A stretch of 64,000 bases of DNA, taken from a virus. Below, piece by piece: positions 27,694 through 36,785 of this stretch. The translations under genes were made by a program, and so were the position numbers. Numbering within the stretch: the stretch's first letter is position 1; each line of letters opens with the position of its first letter. Location of the stretch: the IMG/VR virus record IMGVR_UViG_3300030102_003270, positions 1 to 64,000 of that record. The stretch is one strand, 5' to 3'. A model generated the notes under the pieces. It saw nothing but the letters and a program-made list of their open reading frames with translations, did no database searches and was not told the DNA's origin.

Positions 27694-28401
27694 ATGGGAC
27701 TTTTTGGAACAAGCAATACAACATTGGCACAGCAGATAACACAACAAGGTGCTGCTGATTTCAAAGCAGTTAACAACTTGCTAACGCTACAAGAGAATCA
27801 TGTAGAGGAATTCTTCACGTATCATGGTGTGGAATTCATTACTGCATTTGAGAAATTATTAGAAGATGTGACTACTAGGGTGATAGCACAGATGCTTCCT
27901 AAACTAAAATTCATCAACAACACAAACGGTGATTTGGAAGTAGAGCAGAATGCACTGAGGGAGTTTGAAACAATAACTGCTGAGAACATACAATTAGACA
28001 TACAGGCTATTGTTTCTGCTGCGTTGAATACAGAAGTGGTCATGCAAAGGAAGATGGCTAAACAACAGTATCTAGAAGCACAAGGTTTCGCTACATCACA
28101 AATGCCACAGCAACAAACAATGCAACCACAAATGGGTATGCCAAACCAAGGAGGACTAAACCCCTCTCAAATAACAGGCGGTAATCCTATAATGCAAGCA
28201 AATAATATGATAAATCAACAACAACAGGCATTCAACAATCCGTCTGGATATCCTGTTCCACCAGCAGGAACCGATACAATGGGTAATCCATATTGGATAG
28301 ACCCTGCTACCGGACAAGCAACATATACACCGCCGGGTTCTGGGTTAGGTCTAGGTGCAATGATTCAGAAAGGTGCTGCATGGGCGGCTTGGCTGGCATG
28401 A
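27694..28401 (+). CDS. Gln/Met/Pro-rich protein with an amphipathic C-terminus
   Basis: Helical N-half, QMPQQQTMQPQMGM low-complexity region, ends GLGLGAMIQKGAAWAAWLA. Confidence 0.75.
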   Translation: MGLFGTSNTTLAQQITQQGAADFKAVNNLLTLQENHVEEFFTYHGVEFITAFEKLLEDVTTRVIAQMLPKLKFINNTNGDLEVEQNALREFETITAENIQLDIQAIVSAALNTEVVMQRKMAKQQYLEAQGFATSQMPQQQTMQPQMGMPNQGGLNPSQITGGNPIMQANNMINQQQQAFNNPSGYPVPPAGTDTMGNPYWIDPATGQATYTPPGSGLGLGAMIQKGAAWAAWLA

Positions 28402-28410
28402 GGCGGATAA

Positions 28411-30285
28411 ATGACCATAGTTATTCCTTCTCGTCTGGTATTGGACAAGCAGAATAGCGTAGTATCTTTAGGTGAAACCATAAGGCTAGATTCTTCCGAC
28501 ATGGGAAATACATCTAGCCCTATGTTTAGGTTGATGGTAAGATACTTACTTAATCCTGTATCTTCGGGTGACTATGACAAAATAGAAAGAAACCTACCCA
28601 AATTCCTAAACTATGACTTCATGGAGAATGCATCAGAACAAACTCCCGATATGAAATACGATAAAGAGGAATACAAGAAGCATGTAGATGATGCTTACAG
28701 ATTAATATCAGAAATGGACATAAGGCAATTCTTAGAGGAACATGTAAAGCCGAAAATAAGACAAAGTGATAAAGCAAGTTTTAGCCAAAAAGATTTAGAT
28801 TTCGTTCTGATTAACTTAGGTGAATCAAACCTACCCATGAAGGAGTATCTAACTTCTTCGGGGTTTGACCAAATAATAGGTGCTAGGAAGACAGGAGAGA
28901 CTAGCAGAAAAATTAGGAATATAGCAGAATCCAAAGCAATGTATGAAGATGCTTTGAAAAACATTGACAAATACATAGATGTGACCCAGACTAAAAATGA
29001 ACAGAAGGCCGGAGGAGCAGGAGGGTATTTGACAACAGTTGATGGGGTGCGTGAAGAAAGACCTGCTAGTATCATAGAATACGATATAGTAATAGATACA
29101 GAAAAGATGTTCAACGATATTTTCAAAGAGGCAGGTATATCCCCTCAAATGAACCTGCAAAAGTCACAGATAAATCTAGATGATGTCTTGGAAGACTATC
29201 AAAAACAAATACAACCCGAAAGCGATTATCAAATGGAAATAAAACCAGACATGCCTACTCTACAAGATTTGAGTGAGTTCAAATTCATATGGTTTCCTAA
29301 AGATTTGAGGGACGAAGCAAGTAAGGATTCTCAACTAGCGGAGAAGATTATCAAAATAAACATGAAGTTGATTTGGAATGAGGATAGGTCCGAGTATGAA
29401 ATGCCATATGATACGCTAGACGAGGAACAAAAAAATCTACTTTTTTTACTCTTTAACACTAACGTAATAAAGATTGATTCAATTTATAAGTATGTTAAAG
29501 ATGGTAAAACACCTTCAAACAGAAGTTTGAACAAAGAAGAGGTAGATTTCCTAAAAACACAAATACAACCAAGAGCCAAAACACAAGGACAAAAACCTAG
29601 TTTCGTAGATGAATATGAACAAAAATTATGGAGTAATGTAAAAGATAAAGTGTTAGCAGATAGAAGAATGGATGTAATATTACATGCTCCAGAAGAAAGT
29701 AAATATAAAGAAATAAAGTTATTTAAGACACCAATAAATTATTCTAAGCCAGTAGTTAATGGAAAAGAAGGATTATTAAGTGTAAGAAGAAATGATTCTT
29801 CTAAAGTCATGAATGATATTATCAAAAGTATGTTGAATCCTAGTGACATAGGTTTGCATACACTAAAGGCAAGAGTCATTCAAGTAGATGAGCCTTATGT
29901 TAAACTAGGAGAGAACTATCTTAGAAACAAAACAATGCCAAGTGGAGGTTCTTCAAAGGACAATAAGAAAATATTTAGAGAACTTTTAGATGAGAAATGG
30001 AATGTATTTAGATTGATAGATGCAGATTATAAATCAAAGGCAAGACCATTTTTGAGTGATATAGAGGAAGCATTTCCTCAAAGAAGACCAAACAAAAAGA
30101 AACTTACAGATGTTGATTATGAAAGAATGAAAAAACCAATTACTAGACCGGGCAGTAATCCTGTTGGTTCAGCAGGTAGAGTTAAGGAAGGAGGCCAAGT
30201 CAAGATGATTAGTGTCAAGTCAAGGGTATTCAACAGTTCCATAAAGAGACAACTTAGAAGACTAAAGAGGTATGTAAATGAGTAA
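28411..30285 (+). CDS. Hypothetical protein
   Basis: 624-aa ORF; no recognisable motif. Confidence 0.7.
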   Translation: MTIVIPSRLVLDKQNSVVSLGETIRLDSSDMGNTSSPMFRLMVRYLLNPVSSGDYDKIERNLPKFLNYDFMENASEQTPDMKYDKEEYKKHVDDAYRLISEMDIRQFLEEHVKPKIRQSDKASFSQKDLDFVLINLGESNLPMKEYLTSSGFDQIIGARKTGETSRKIRNIAESKAMYEDALKNIDKYIDVTQTKNEQKAGGAGGYLTTVDGVREERPASIIEYDIVIDTEKMFNDIFKEAGISPQMNLQKSQINLDDVLEDYQKQIQPESDYQMEIKPDMPTLQDLSEFKFIWFPKDLRDEASKDSQLAEKIIKINMKLIWNEDRSEYEMPYDTLDEEQKNLLFLLFNTNVIKIDSIYKYVKDGKTPSNRSLNKEEVDFLKTQIQPRAKTQGQKPSFVDEYEQKLWSNVKDKVLADRRMDVILHAPEESKYKEIKLFKTPINYSKPVVNGKEGLLSVRRNDSSKVMNDIIKSMLNPSDIGLHTLKARVIQVDEPYVKLGENYLRNKTMPSGGSSKDNKKIFRELLDEKWNVFRLIDADYKSKARPFLSDIEEAFPQRRPNKKKLTDVDYERMKKPITRPGSNPVGSAGRVKEGGQVKMISVKSRVFNSSIKRQLRRLKRYVNE

Positions 30286-31390
30286 ATTGAAGACAGAAAG
30301 CGATTATATAATTAGCACTTTGCCTAATTACTCAACAGGAATAGGTCATTATACAACACACACAGAAGTTTCAGATTTACTCCAAGTAGGTGCTTTCACT
30401 GTTGATTCAGTGCCTAGTATAGCAATGGTTGGCAAGATAATAAAAAGAGTAGAGGGTAAGATAGACAACAGCATAAAATTATCCTTTAGGCCAGAGATAA
30501 TCAAGGACGAAGTTCATAATTTTGAATCCTTGAGAATGAATTCCTATCCTGTTGTTCCTTTCAAAGACTATGTTGGATTTATACAACTACAAAGTGAGTC
30601 AATAAGAAAGATAATCAAGTTAGAAGTTTATCAAGGAAGCGAATACGTTGACCTTGCTTCAGCCAGTGTAAAATATACTCCTCCAGAAAGTCCTGTTAAT
30701 GGCTCGTTTACCATTACTTTAGGGGTAGGAGATGCAGGGACAGGATATAGATTTACATTAACTAAAGGAAATTCAAACGGTTTTTACGATACATTTGGTC
30801 AAAAAACAACTGTTTTACAAATATGTGACGCAATAAACGAAGTATTTCCATCAAAGACTGCACAATTTACAGGAGAAACAACATCCAAAAGCACAACAGA
30901 TGCTCCCGATAATGGTGGAGTAACTAGAAGTATTTCTGATTTCTTTTATGCAAGTCCTTCAGGGGGAGGAACACAAGTATGCATTACTTCTCTACTTCCT
31001 TCTGATGCGGGAACTATATGCACTATTGAAGCAACACACGGTAGCCATACTACTTCTACTTCCTTTACGGACAATGAGACTTCTGGTAGAGAAGATGACT
31101 TTTGGACTATCAATGATGAGGGTAAGTTATTCTTCAAACAGAACTATCCTTACTATCAAAACCATTCTATAAGAGTGACATATGTAAGAGGTAAATCAAG
31201 AGTTCCTGCTGAAATACATGAGGCAGCAACTAAACTAGCAGCAGCAGAAATACTTGTCCATGATGACAATACTATCCTTATTGCCGAGACAGGTTCTAAT
31301 ATTGACATAAAGACCAAGCACGAAATATTGGTCAAAGAAGCAGAAGATATCATCAAAGGAAAGCAGGTTCTACTGCATCTCATAGACTAG
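30278..31390 (+). CDS. Head-tail adaptor (gp6/gp15-like) with an insertion
   Basis: YTT..EV..LL...I.RVEG.ID at the N-terminus and IRVTY.RG...VPAEI.EAA.KLAA at the C-terminus. Confidence 0.65.
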   Translation: MSKLKTESDYIISTLPNYSTGIGHYTTHTEVSDLLQVGAFTVDSVPSIAMVGKIIKRVEGKIDNSIKLSFRPEIIKDEVHNFESLRMNSYPVVPFKDYVGFIQLQSESIRKIIKLEVYQGSEYVDLASASVKYTPPESPVNGSFTITLGVGDAGTGYRFTLTKGNSNGFYDTFGQKTTVLQICDAINEVFPSKTAQFTGETTSKSTTDAPDNGGVTRSISDFFYASPSGGGTQVCITSLLPSDAGTICTIEATHGSHTTSTSFTDNETSGREDDFWTINDEGKLFFKQNYPYYQNHSIRVTYVRGKSRVPAEIHEAATKLAAAEILVHDDNTILIAETGSNIDIKTKHEILVKEAEDIIKGKQVLLHLID

Positions 31391-31398
31391 GTGAAGAC

Positions 31399-31641
31399 AT
31401 GGACCCCTCAGTAAACTTCTATCGAGTGATGAAGAAGTATGCTGATGAGCAGATTAGGATAGCAAGGGAAAGAGAAGAAATCTTATCTGAGTTAGGTTTG
31501 GGAATAGAGACAGAAGCAGACTTGAATGAATATCTCCTAGAAGTAGGAACAAAAGCAGCATCATTAAAATTAGTGGAATATAGCATGGAGATGTATAAAA
31601 ATACAGCATTAGCGGTAAAGAGGGAAATCCATGTTAGATGA
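31399..31641 (+). CDS. Hypothetical neck-region protein
   Basis: 80 aa; AGGTGA RBS. Confidence 0.6.
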   Translation: MDPSVNFYRVMKKYADEQIRIAREREEILSELGLGIETEADLNEYLLEVGTKAASLKLVEYSMEMYKNTALAVKREIHVR

Positions 31642-32176
31642 AGTCACTTTCGTTATCCGTCTTCTCAGCGACAATTGGACAGATGCGGCTGAAAATACAA
31701 ACGGAGTAAATGCATACGGCGACCCTACTCCGGGCTTGGCAAATCATCGAGGTAAACCGAACATAATTGATGTTAGGAGCATAGAACCGGGACAAGGAAG
31801 AAGATACGATGCCGACCAGAAAGAGGTAATCGTGGTTTTCGAGGATAGCGCAAGCCTAACTCTACCCACTATTGATTGGTCTATTAGAAACGAGGACTAT
31901 TCCTTTACTCTTCACCTTAGAGTTCTACATCAAAAACAGTGGACGAGTTTAACTTACGGAAGGGATAGACTGCAAAGTTTATATCAAATCGCAAGATACA
32001 TCCTAGAGAAGAAAGGTCTGCGACCCGCCGTATATGACGCAAACAATAATATCGAGGGTAGTGCAGAATTAATTCAAATAACAGGCAGAAGTGAGGCTAA
32101 TGATAGAGGTAAGCGTTTATTAGGTTATAAGATGTCTGTTACCATGAAAAGGTTCGGAAGAACCACAGTATGTTAG
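31631..32176 (+). CDS. Putative tail terminator / neck protein
   Basis: Size and position just before the tail tube gene. Confidence 0.5.
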   Translation: MLDEVTFVIRLLSDNWTDAAENTNGVNAYGDPTPGLANHRGKPNIIDVRSIEPGQGRRYDADQKEVIVVFEDSASLTLPTIDWSIRNEDYSFTLHLRVLHQKQWTSLTYGRDRLQSLYQIARYILEKKGLRPAVYDANNNIEGSAELIQITGRSEANDRGKRLLGYKMSVTMKRFGRTTVC

Positions 32177-32188
32177 TAAGGTGATAAA

Positions 32189-33772
32189 ATGGGCAGCAGT
32201 GAAGTATATACAGGAGCAGGAGCATCGGCAACGTTAATCCCAGAAGCGGATTATAACATTGGAAATCAGTTAGGACCGATATCAATAACCACAGATGTAA
32301 AGGGTTTTGGTTTCCTTAATTCAAACAATAACAGTGCAGTAGATAGAACAACATTATCATGGGGTTCTGACGCTACTGACGGCGGCGCAGAATCAGATAC
32401 CAATAGGCTCCCTGTCAATATATATCAAGGATGTTTTGCTGAAGTCTCTAAATACGAATCGGGTTCAACCACAGAAGTTCCCTTGGGAATACACGTAATC
32501 AAGAGCAACGCTGCACAGACAATAACTTTCGATAGAGAACTTTCTGGTACAGATACAGATAGATTCACAGTAAAAATACTAGGGTTCGGAACACCTTTAC
32601 ATTCACCAGCAGTAATGACAGGTAAGCACAATTTACTATCAGATAACTGGTTAGGTTTGGTGAACTCAATAACTGCACCAAGCATTGATGCTGAAATGAA
32701 GCAATTAAATCTAGCACTAGGGGGAACCAGAAACTTTGGTTTCCAATACAAAGGAGCAGAATCCTACGGAAGTGCATCTATTGATGTATCTCTAAACAAT
32801 GGTTCTTGGTTATATTACGCATTAGGAAAGAAAACATTTACTGCAACTCAAAAAACTAATTCTCAAGGTACGGCTATAAATTTAAGTTTGAATCAAGAAA
32901 ACGGTAAAGTGTACTATGACGATACAAATAAGACATTTCATAGATTAGAATCAACAACATTAAGCCCACCTAAACCATACGGAACAGCAGACGCTAGTAT
33001 ACTGAAGTTATCTGATGATAGTAAAATAGATTATCAATTTACAGAAGCCGATGGAGACTCACTACCGTCTTTTGCATTAGAATTCACAAATGAGAAAGGT
33101 AATGTTGCTGACGCAAACTATTTTCAAGATGCTTCAGATGAAAGATTATTCTCTCGTATATTCACAGGATGCCAAGTCAATACATTATCAATAAATTTTG
33201 AAGAGGGTCAAGAAGTTAAGGCTAGTATTGACGCAGTTACTAGAAGAGGATATGATAGCAACCAAAATTACACACCAAAAAGAAGAGTTAGAACACCATC
33301 TTCTTTATTCAACTACAATGATACCGATGCAAACTTACCATTTATGTTTTCAGATGGAACCATTCAAGCATTTGGTCAAAATCTTGCTAGAGTAAAAAGC
33401 GGGACTCTTACTATTAACAACAACATAACTCCACAAAGATACATCGGTAATTATGATAGGTCTATTGTATCTGCACATATACCTGCACAAAGAACTTATG
33501 AAATAACTCTTAACTTACAAATTACAGACAGGTTGATTTTTGATGAATTAAGAAGTGCTGATGAAGTTACTCTAGGAGACATTGTTCTAACATTTGATAA
33601 AAATGCTACTGCCGATACTGATAAGATTACAATGACGTTGAAAGATTACATAGTGCAATCTGTTGATATTCCGTTCCCAGACGACAAAGGAATGATTGAT
33701 GTGGCCGTGACTCTAGCGGCCCGGACCCTACATGAGTGTAAATATCATGGTAAATGGATTATCATTGGATAA
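32189..33772 (+). CDS. Major tail tube protein with insertions
   Basis: LPSFALE...FTGCQVNTLSINFEEG...GTLTINNNITP, a siphoviral tube pattern; precedes the chaperone and TMP. Confidence 0.75.
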   Translation: MGSSEVYTGAGASATLIPEADYNIGNQLGPISITTDVKGFGFLNSNNNSAVDRTTLSWGSDATDGGAESDTNRLPVNIYQGCFAEVSKYESGSTTEVPLGIHVIKSNAAQTITFDRELSGTDTDRFTVKILGFGTPLHSPAVMTGKHNLLSDNWLGLVNSITAPSIDAEMKQLNLALGGTRNFGFQYKGAESYGSASIDVSLNNGSWLYYALGKKTFTATQKTNSQGTAINLSLNQENGKVYYDDTNKTFHRLESTTLSPPKPYGTADASILKLSDDSKIDYQFTEADGDSLPSFALEFTNEKGNVADANYFQDASDERLFSRIFTGCQVNTLSINFEEGQEVKASIDAVTRRGYDSNQNYTPKRRVRTPSSLFNYNDTDANLPFMFSDGTIQAFGQNLARVKSGTLTINNNITPQRYIGNYDRSIVSAHIPAQRTYEITLNLQITDRLIFDELRSADEVTLGDIVLTFDKNATADTDKITMTLKDYIVQSVDIPFPDDKGMIDVAVTLAARTLHECKYHGKWIIIG

Positions 33773-33976
33773 ATCGAGTGAAAAACAATTCAAAGGGTTA
33801 TACAATATTTCTAAGAAAGTCGAGGGCGAAAATGATGCACAAATCTGTGAATCTGTGGGTCTATTCCTGTTTTCGTAGTATGGATTCGTCCATATTAGGA
33901 GGGCTAAAAAGAGGATAAAATCCTTTTATCTTAACATTCCACTAACAATCGTTTGTTTGTTAGTTTTATATTGTAG

Positions 33977-34342
33977 GTGGAAAAAATGGAAAATGTAGTA
34001 AGTGATAAGAACAGACTGTTTACAACAGTAGAAACAAAATGTCATCTTTTGAAAGTTGATGAAACTTCAGATGATATATTGAAGGTGTGGGTCAAAGAAC
34101 CTACATGGCTTCAAGTAGAACAAGCGTTATCTGTGGTGATGAACCTTAACGCTGACCAAGGAAGTATGGGCATAGACCTAAATAAAATGTATAGGTTTAT
34201 GGTTGAAAACTTCATAGAGAAAACAGAACCGTCATTAACGACAGTAGAAATTTTAAGGTTGACTCCTTTTGTTGGAGCGCAATTAAAAAATGTTCTACCT
34301 AATCCCTTTAATGATTTCTTAGGGGATGATACGGGAAACTGA
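33977..34342 (+). CDS. Tail assembly chaperone (gpG-like)
   Basis: Lies between tube and TMP; ends in the slippery sequence G GGA AAC directly before TGA. Confidence 0.8.
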   Translation: MEKMENVVSDKNRLFTTVETKCHLLKVDETSDDILKVWVKEPTWLQVEQALSVVMNLNADQGSMGIDLNKMYRFMVENFIEKTEPSLTTVEILRLTPFVGAQLKNVLPNPFNDFLGDDTGN

Positions 34343-34554
34343 AAGAGATTCGTAGAGGACTAAGAGGAGGAGAAATAAAACCTACTTTAGCCTCACGAAT
34401 CCTTATTTATTCATATTCAAAAGTATTTGGTATAAGTCCAATGGAAGCATACAATACTCCGGCAACAATAATATTAGAAATGATGAAGATACATACAGAA
34501 GCAGAACAGTTGAAATCAGAAGAAATAGATAAGCAAATAAAGAAGGTAAGATAA
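34333..34554 (+). CDS. -1 frameshift extension of the tail chaperone (gpGT-like)
   Basis: Heptamer GGGAAAC at 34333-34339; the -1 frame reads LKEIRRGLRGG...IDKQIKKVR* and its TAA overlaps the TMP ATG. Confidence 0.8.
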   Translation, partial: GKLKEIRRGLRGGEIKPTLASRILIYSYSKVFGISPMEAYNTPATIILEMMKIHTEAEQLKSEEIDKQIKKVR

Positions 34555-36032
34555 TGGCTAAAGATGCACCTGAACTAACCAACGATTTAACTGTTGCTAT
34601 CAACAGATTAAATCGAGCAAAAGACGGATTAATATTTCGTTTTGGTCAAGCAGGTGAAAGCGGAAATAAACTTTGGAATGTCATTAGTAGATTTAGTTCT
34701 GGTAGCACATTTTGGAGATTACAAAATTATCTTCGTGGTGTCTCAAACGTAGTTAACTTCTTCACAAAAGCACAAGAAGAAAACAGAACACAAATTTTAG
34801 AGTCATTAGAATCTAATCTAGCACTTGCTGATTCATTGAAAATGTTAAAAGAAAGATATGACAAAATAGAAGCAGGTGGAACTACACCATACTATGAATT
34901 ACTTTTAGGTGATTTAGGAGATGCAAAATTAGCAAAAGAGGAAGCAAAAGGATTTTATAAAAAATATATAGATGAAATTGAAAATGTTGTAAAAAAAAGA
35001 GGCGCACAACTTAGAAAATCTATATTGAATAGAGGTAAGGGTATAACAAAAAGATTTGCCGAGGCTAATCCTTTTGAGTTCCAAAAACCAACATTAGAAG
35101 GAGGGACAAAAAATGCACCAATACGAGGCTCAATTGGATTTATTTTAAAAGAAACTTTTGCTCCTTTAACGAATATACTAACTAAGACATTTGAATTTAC
35201 AAAAGGTCCATTTCTTGACAGTATAAAAGGCCCGGAAAGAATAGTGAGAAAAAAATTATTTGGTCTAAGTAAACTTGAAGAATTTGAAAATAAAGGTAGA
35301 ATTGGATATAGAAAGAAAATGACACAAAACCTGCAAGTGATGGGAAAATGGTTCAAAGGAGCAGGTAAGGCTCTAGGAGAATTTTCAGTTAAAGCGGCTG
35401 CTCTCATAGGTAAATTTGCTATGTATGGATTGCTGATTGTCTTTGGAATAACTCTAATTGCTAAAATAATCAACGCAGGATGGCCTGTGATTAGAAAGCA
35501 GTTTGAAGATGCTTTTGGTTTCTTCAAGAAAGCATTTTTGAATGTTCTTGGAATTCTTTTAGGAGTATTCAATCTAATTGGAAAAATATTCGCAGGTGAT
35601 ATAGTAGGAGCAATCAAAGTTTTCTTCAAAGAAATTGTATTCAATCTAGTCAAATTGCTAGGTAATCTCCTAGCAGGTCTATTCAAGATTATGTTAGGTA
35701 TCATTACAGGAATCTTAGCAGGTATTTACAATGCTACATTTGGAGCGTTAACAGGTCGCAAAATTGGTAAGCATTCAACAGGAGGTGTATCTAGAGGAGG
35801 TCTAGCGGTTGTTGGCGAAAATGGACCGGAACTAGTATCATTACCTAGAGGTGCAAGAGTACAGAACAATGCAAATAGCATGGGTGCAAGAGCAGGTGGA
35901 AACAATATTCACATTCACATAAATGGCCGTGTTGGTGCTTCTGATGCAGAAATAAGAGATATTGCCAACAAGGTAGCAAGAGAAATCAACATAAGAATGA
36001 ACAGAACAGGAGCAAATAGAATAGGTGCATGA
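34554..36032 (+). CDS. Tape measure protein
   Basis: Helical and amphipathic; C-terminal GG...GLAVVGENGPELVSLPRGARV motif; follows the chaperone. Confidence 0.85.
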   Translation: MAKDAPELTNDLTVAINRLNRAKDGLIFRFGQAGESGNKLWNVISRFSSGSTFWRLQNYLRGVSNVVNFFTKAQEENRTQILESLESNLALADSLKMLKERYDKIEAGGTTPYYELLLGDLGDAKLAKEEAKGFYKKYIDEIENVVKKRGAQLRKSILNRGKGITKRFAEANPFEFQKPTLEGGTKNAPIRGSIGFILKETFAPLTNILTKTFEFTKGPFLDSIKGPERIVRKKLFGLSKLEEFENKGRIGYRKKMTQNLQVMGKWFKGAGKALGEFSVKAAALIGKFAMYGLLIVFGITLIAKIINAGWPVIRKQFEDAFGFFKKAFLNVLGILLGVFNLIGKIFAGDIVGAIKVFFKEIVFNLVKLLGNLLAGLFKIMLGIITGILAGIYNATFGALTGRKIGKHSTGGVSRGGLAVVGENGPELVSLPRGARVQNNANSMGARAGGNNIHIHINGRVGASDAEIRDIANKVAREINIRMNRTGANRIGA

Positions 36033-36777
36033 TATGGTTAATTATGGAACTCTTACCGAAGTAACCTCCTATTGCATGTTAGAGTTAGCAAGAAGAGGTT
36101 CTGGCGATACACTACCAGATACTATAAACGATACAGCATTGTTTCAAAACAGAATAGGACTACTGGCAACTAATATAAACATAGCAACAAACAAACAATC
36201 CATTGCCTTTCCTGTTCCTTTTTCCGGTATAATATCTGGTGAGTCATCCACTTTGGCACTGGATTTAGGTCTAGCAACAAAGACAGTATCAATAAATGGA
36301 ATATTATCTGACCAAATGCTATTCAAAAAAACAAAGAACGGTACTCAAAAGAATAAGAAACTGACAGCATATGAAATGGCGCAATTACTACACTCATATG
36401 TGGATTCTTCTTTCTTACATGAAGACCAAAACGTAAGTAAATTAATCGTATTGATACCAAGTCGTGTAGATACTAATTTTGAATATCATGCTGGCGTTAA
36501 TGAGAACACCCCTTTATCGGAATGTCCTCTAATACCTTTTCACTTTGGCAATCGAACCTTCGATATGCCTACACTAGACGGGACTAAGATAGACTTTGGC
36601 GCAACTGAGTTTCCATCTGCATTGGCTAATATTGACCAAGAGATACCGGGTATGAGTGGATTCATCAATGATTTCTCTACTGATATTGCTGGCGACCAAA
36701 TACCATCAATAAACTTCACTCTTAACTTTACAATATCATCTACTGCTATGTCTGATTTTATCAATAAGGCTTTCTAG
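36025..36777 (+). CDS. Putative distal tail protein
   Basis: Directly after the TMP; about 250 aa; beta-rich. Confidence 0.55.
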   Translation: MHDMVNYGTLTEVTSYCMLELARRGSGDTLPDTINDTALFQNRIGLLATNINIATNKQSIAFPVPFSGIISGESSTLALDLGLATKTVSINGILSDQMLFKKTKNGTQKNKKLTAYEMAQLLHSYVDSSFLHEDQNVSKLIVLIPSRVDTNFEYHAGVNENTPLSECPLIPFHFGNRTFDMPTLDGTKIDFGATEFPSALANIDQEIPGMSGFINDFSTDIAGDQIPSINFTLNFTISSTAMSDFINKAF

Positions 36778-36785
36778 GTGATTCT

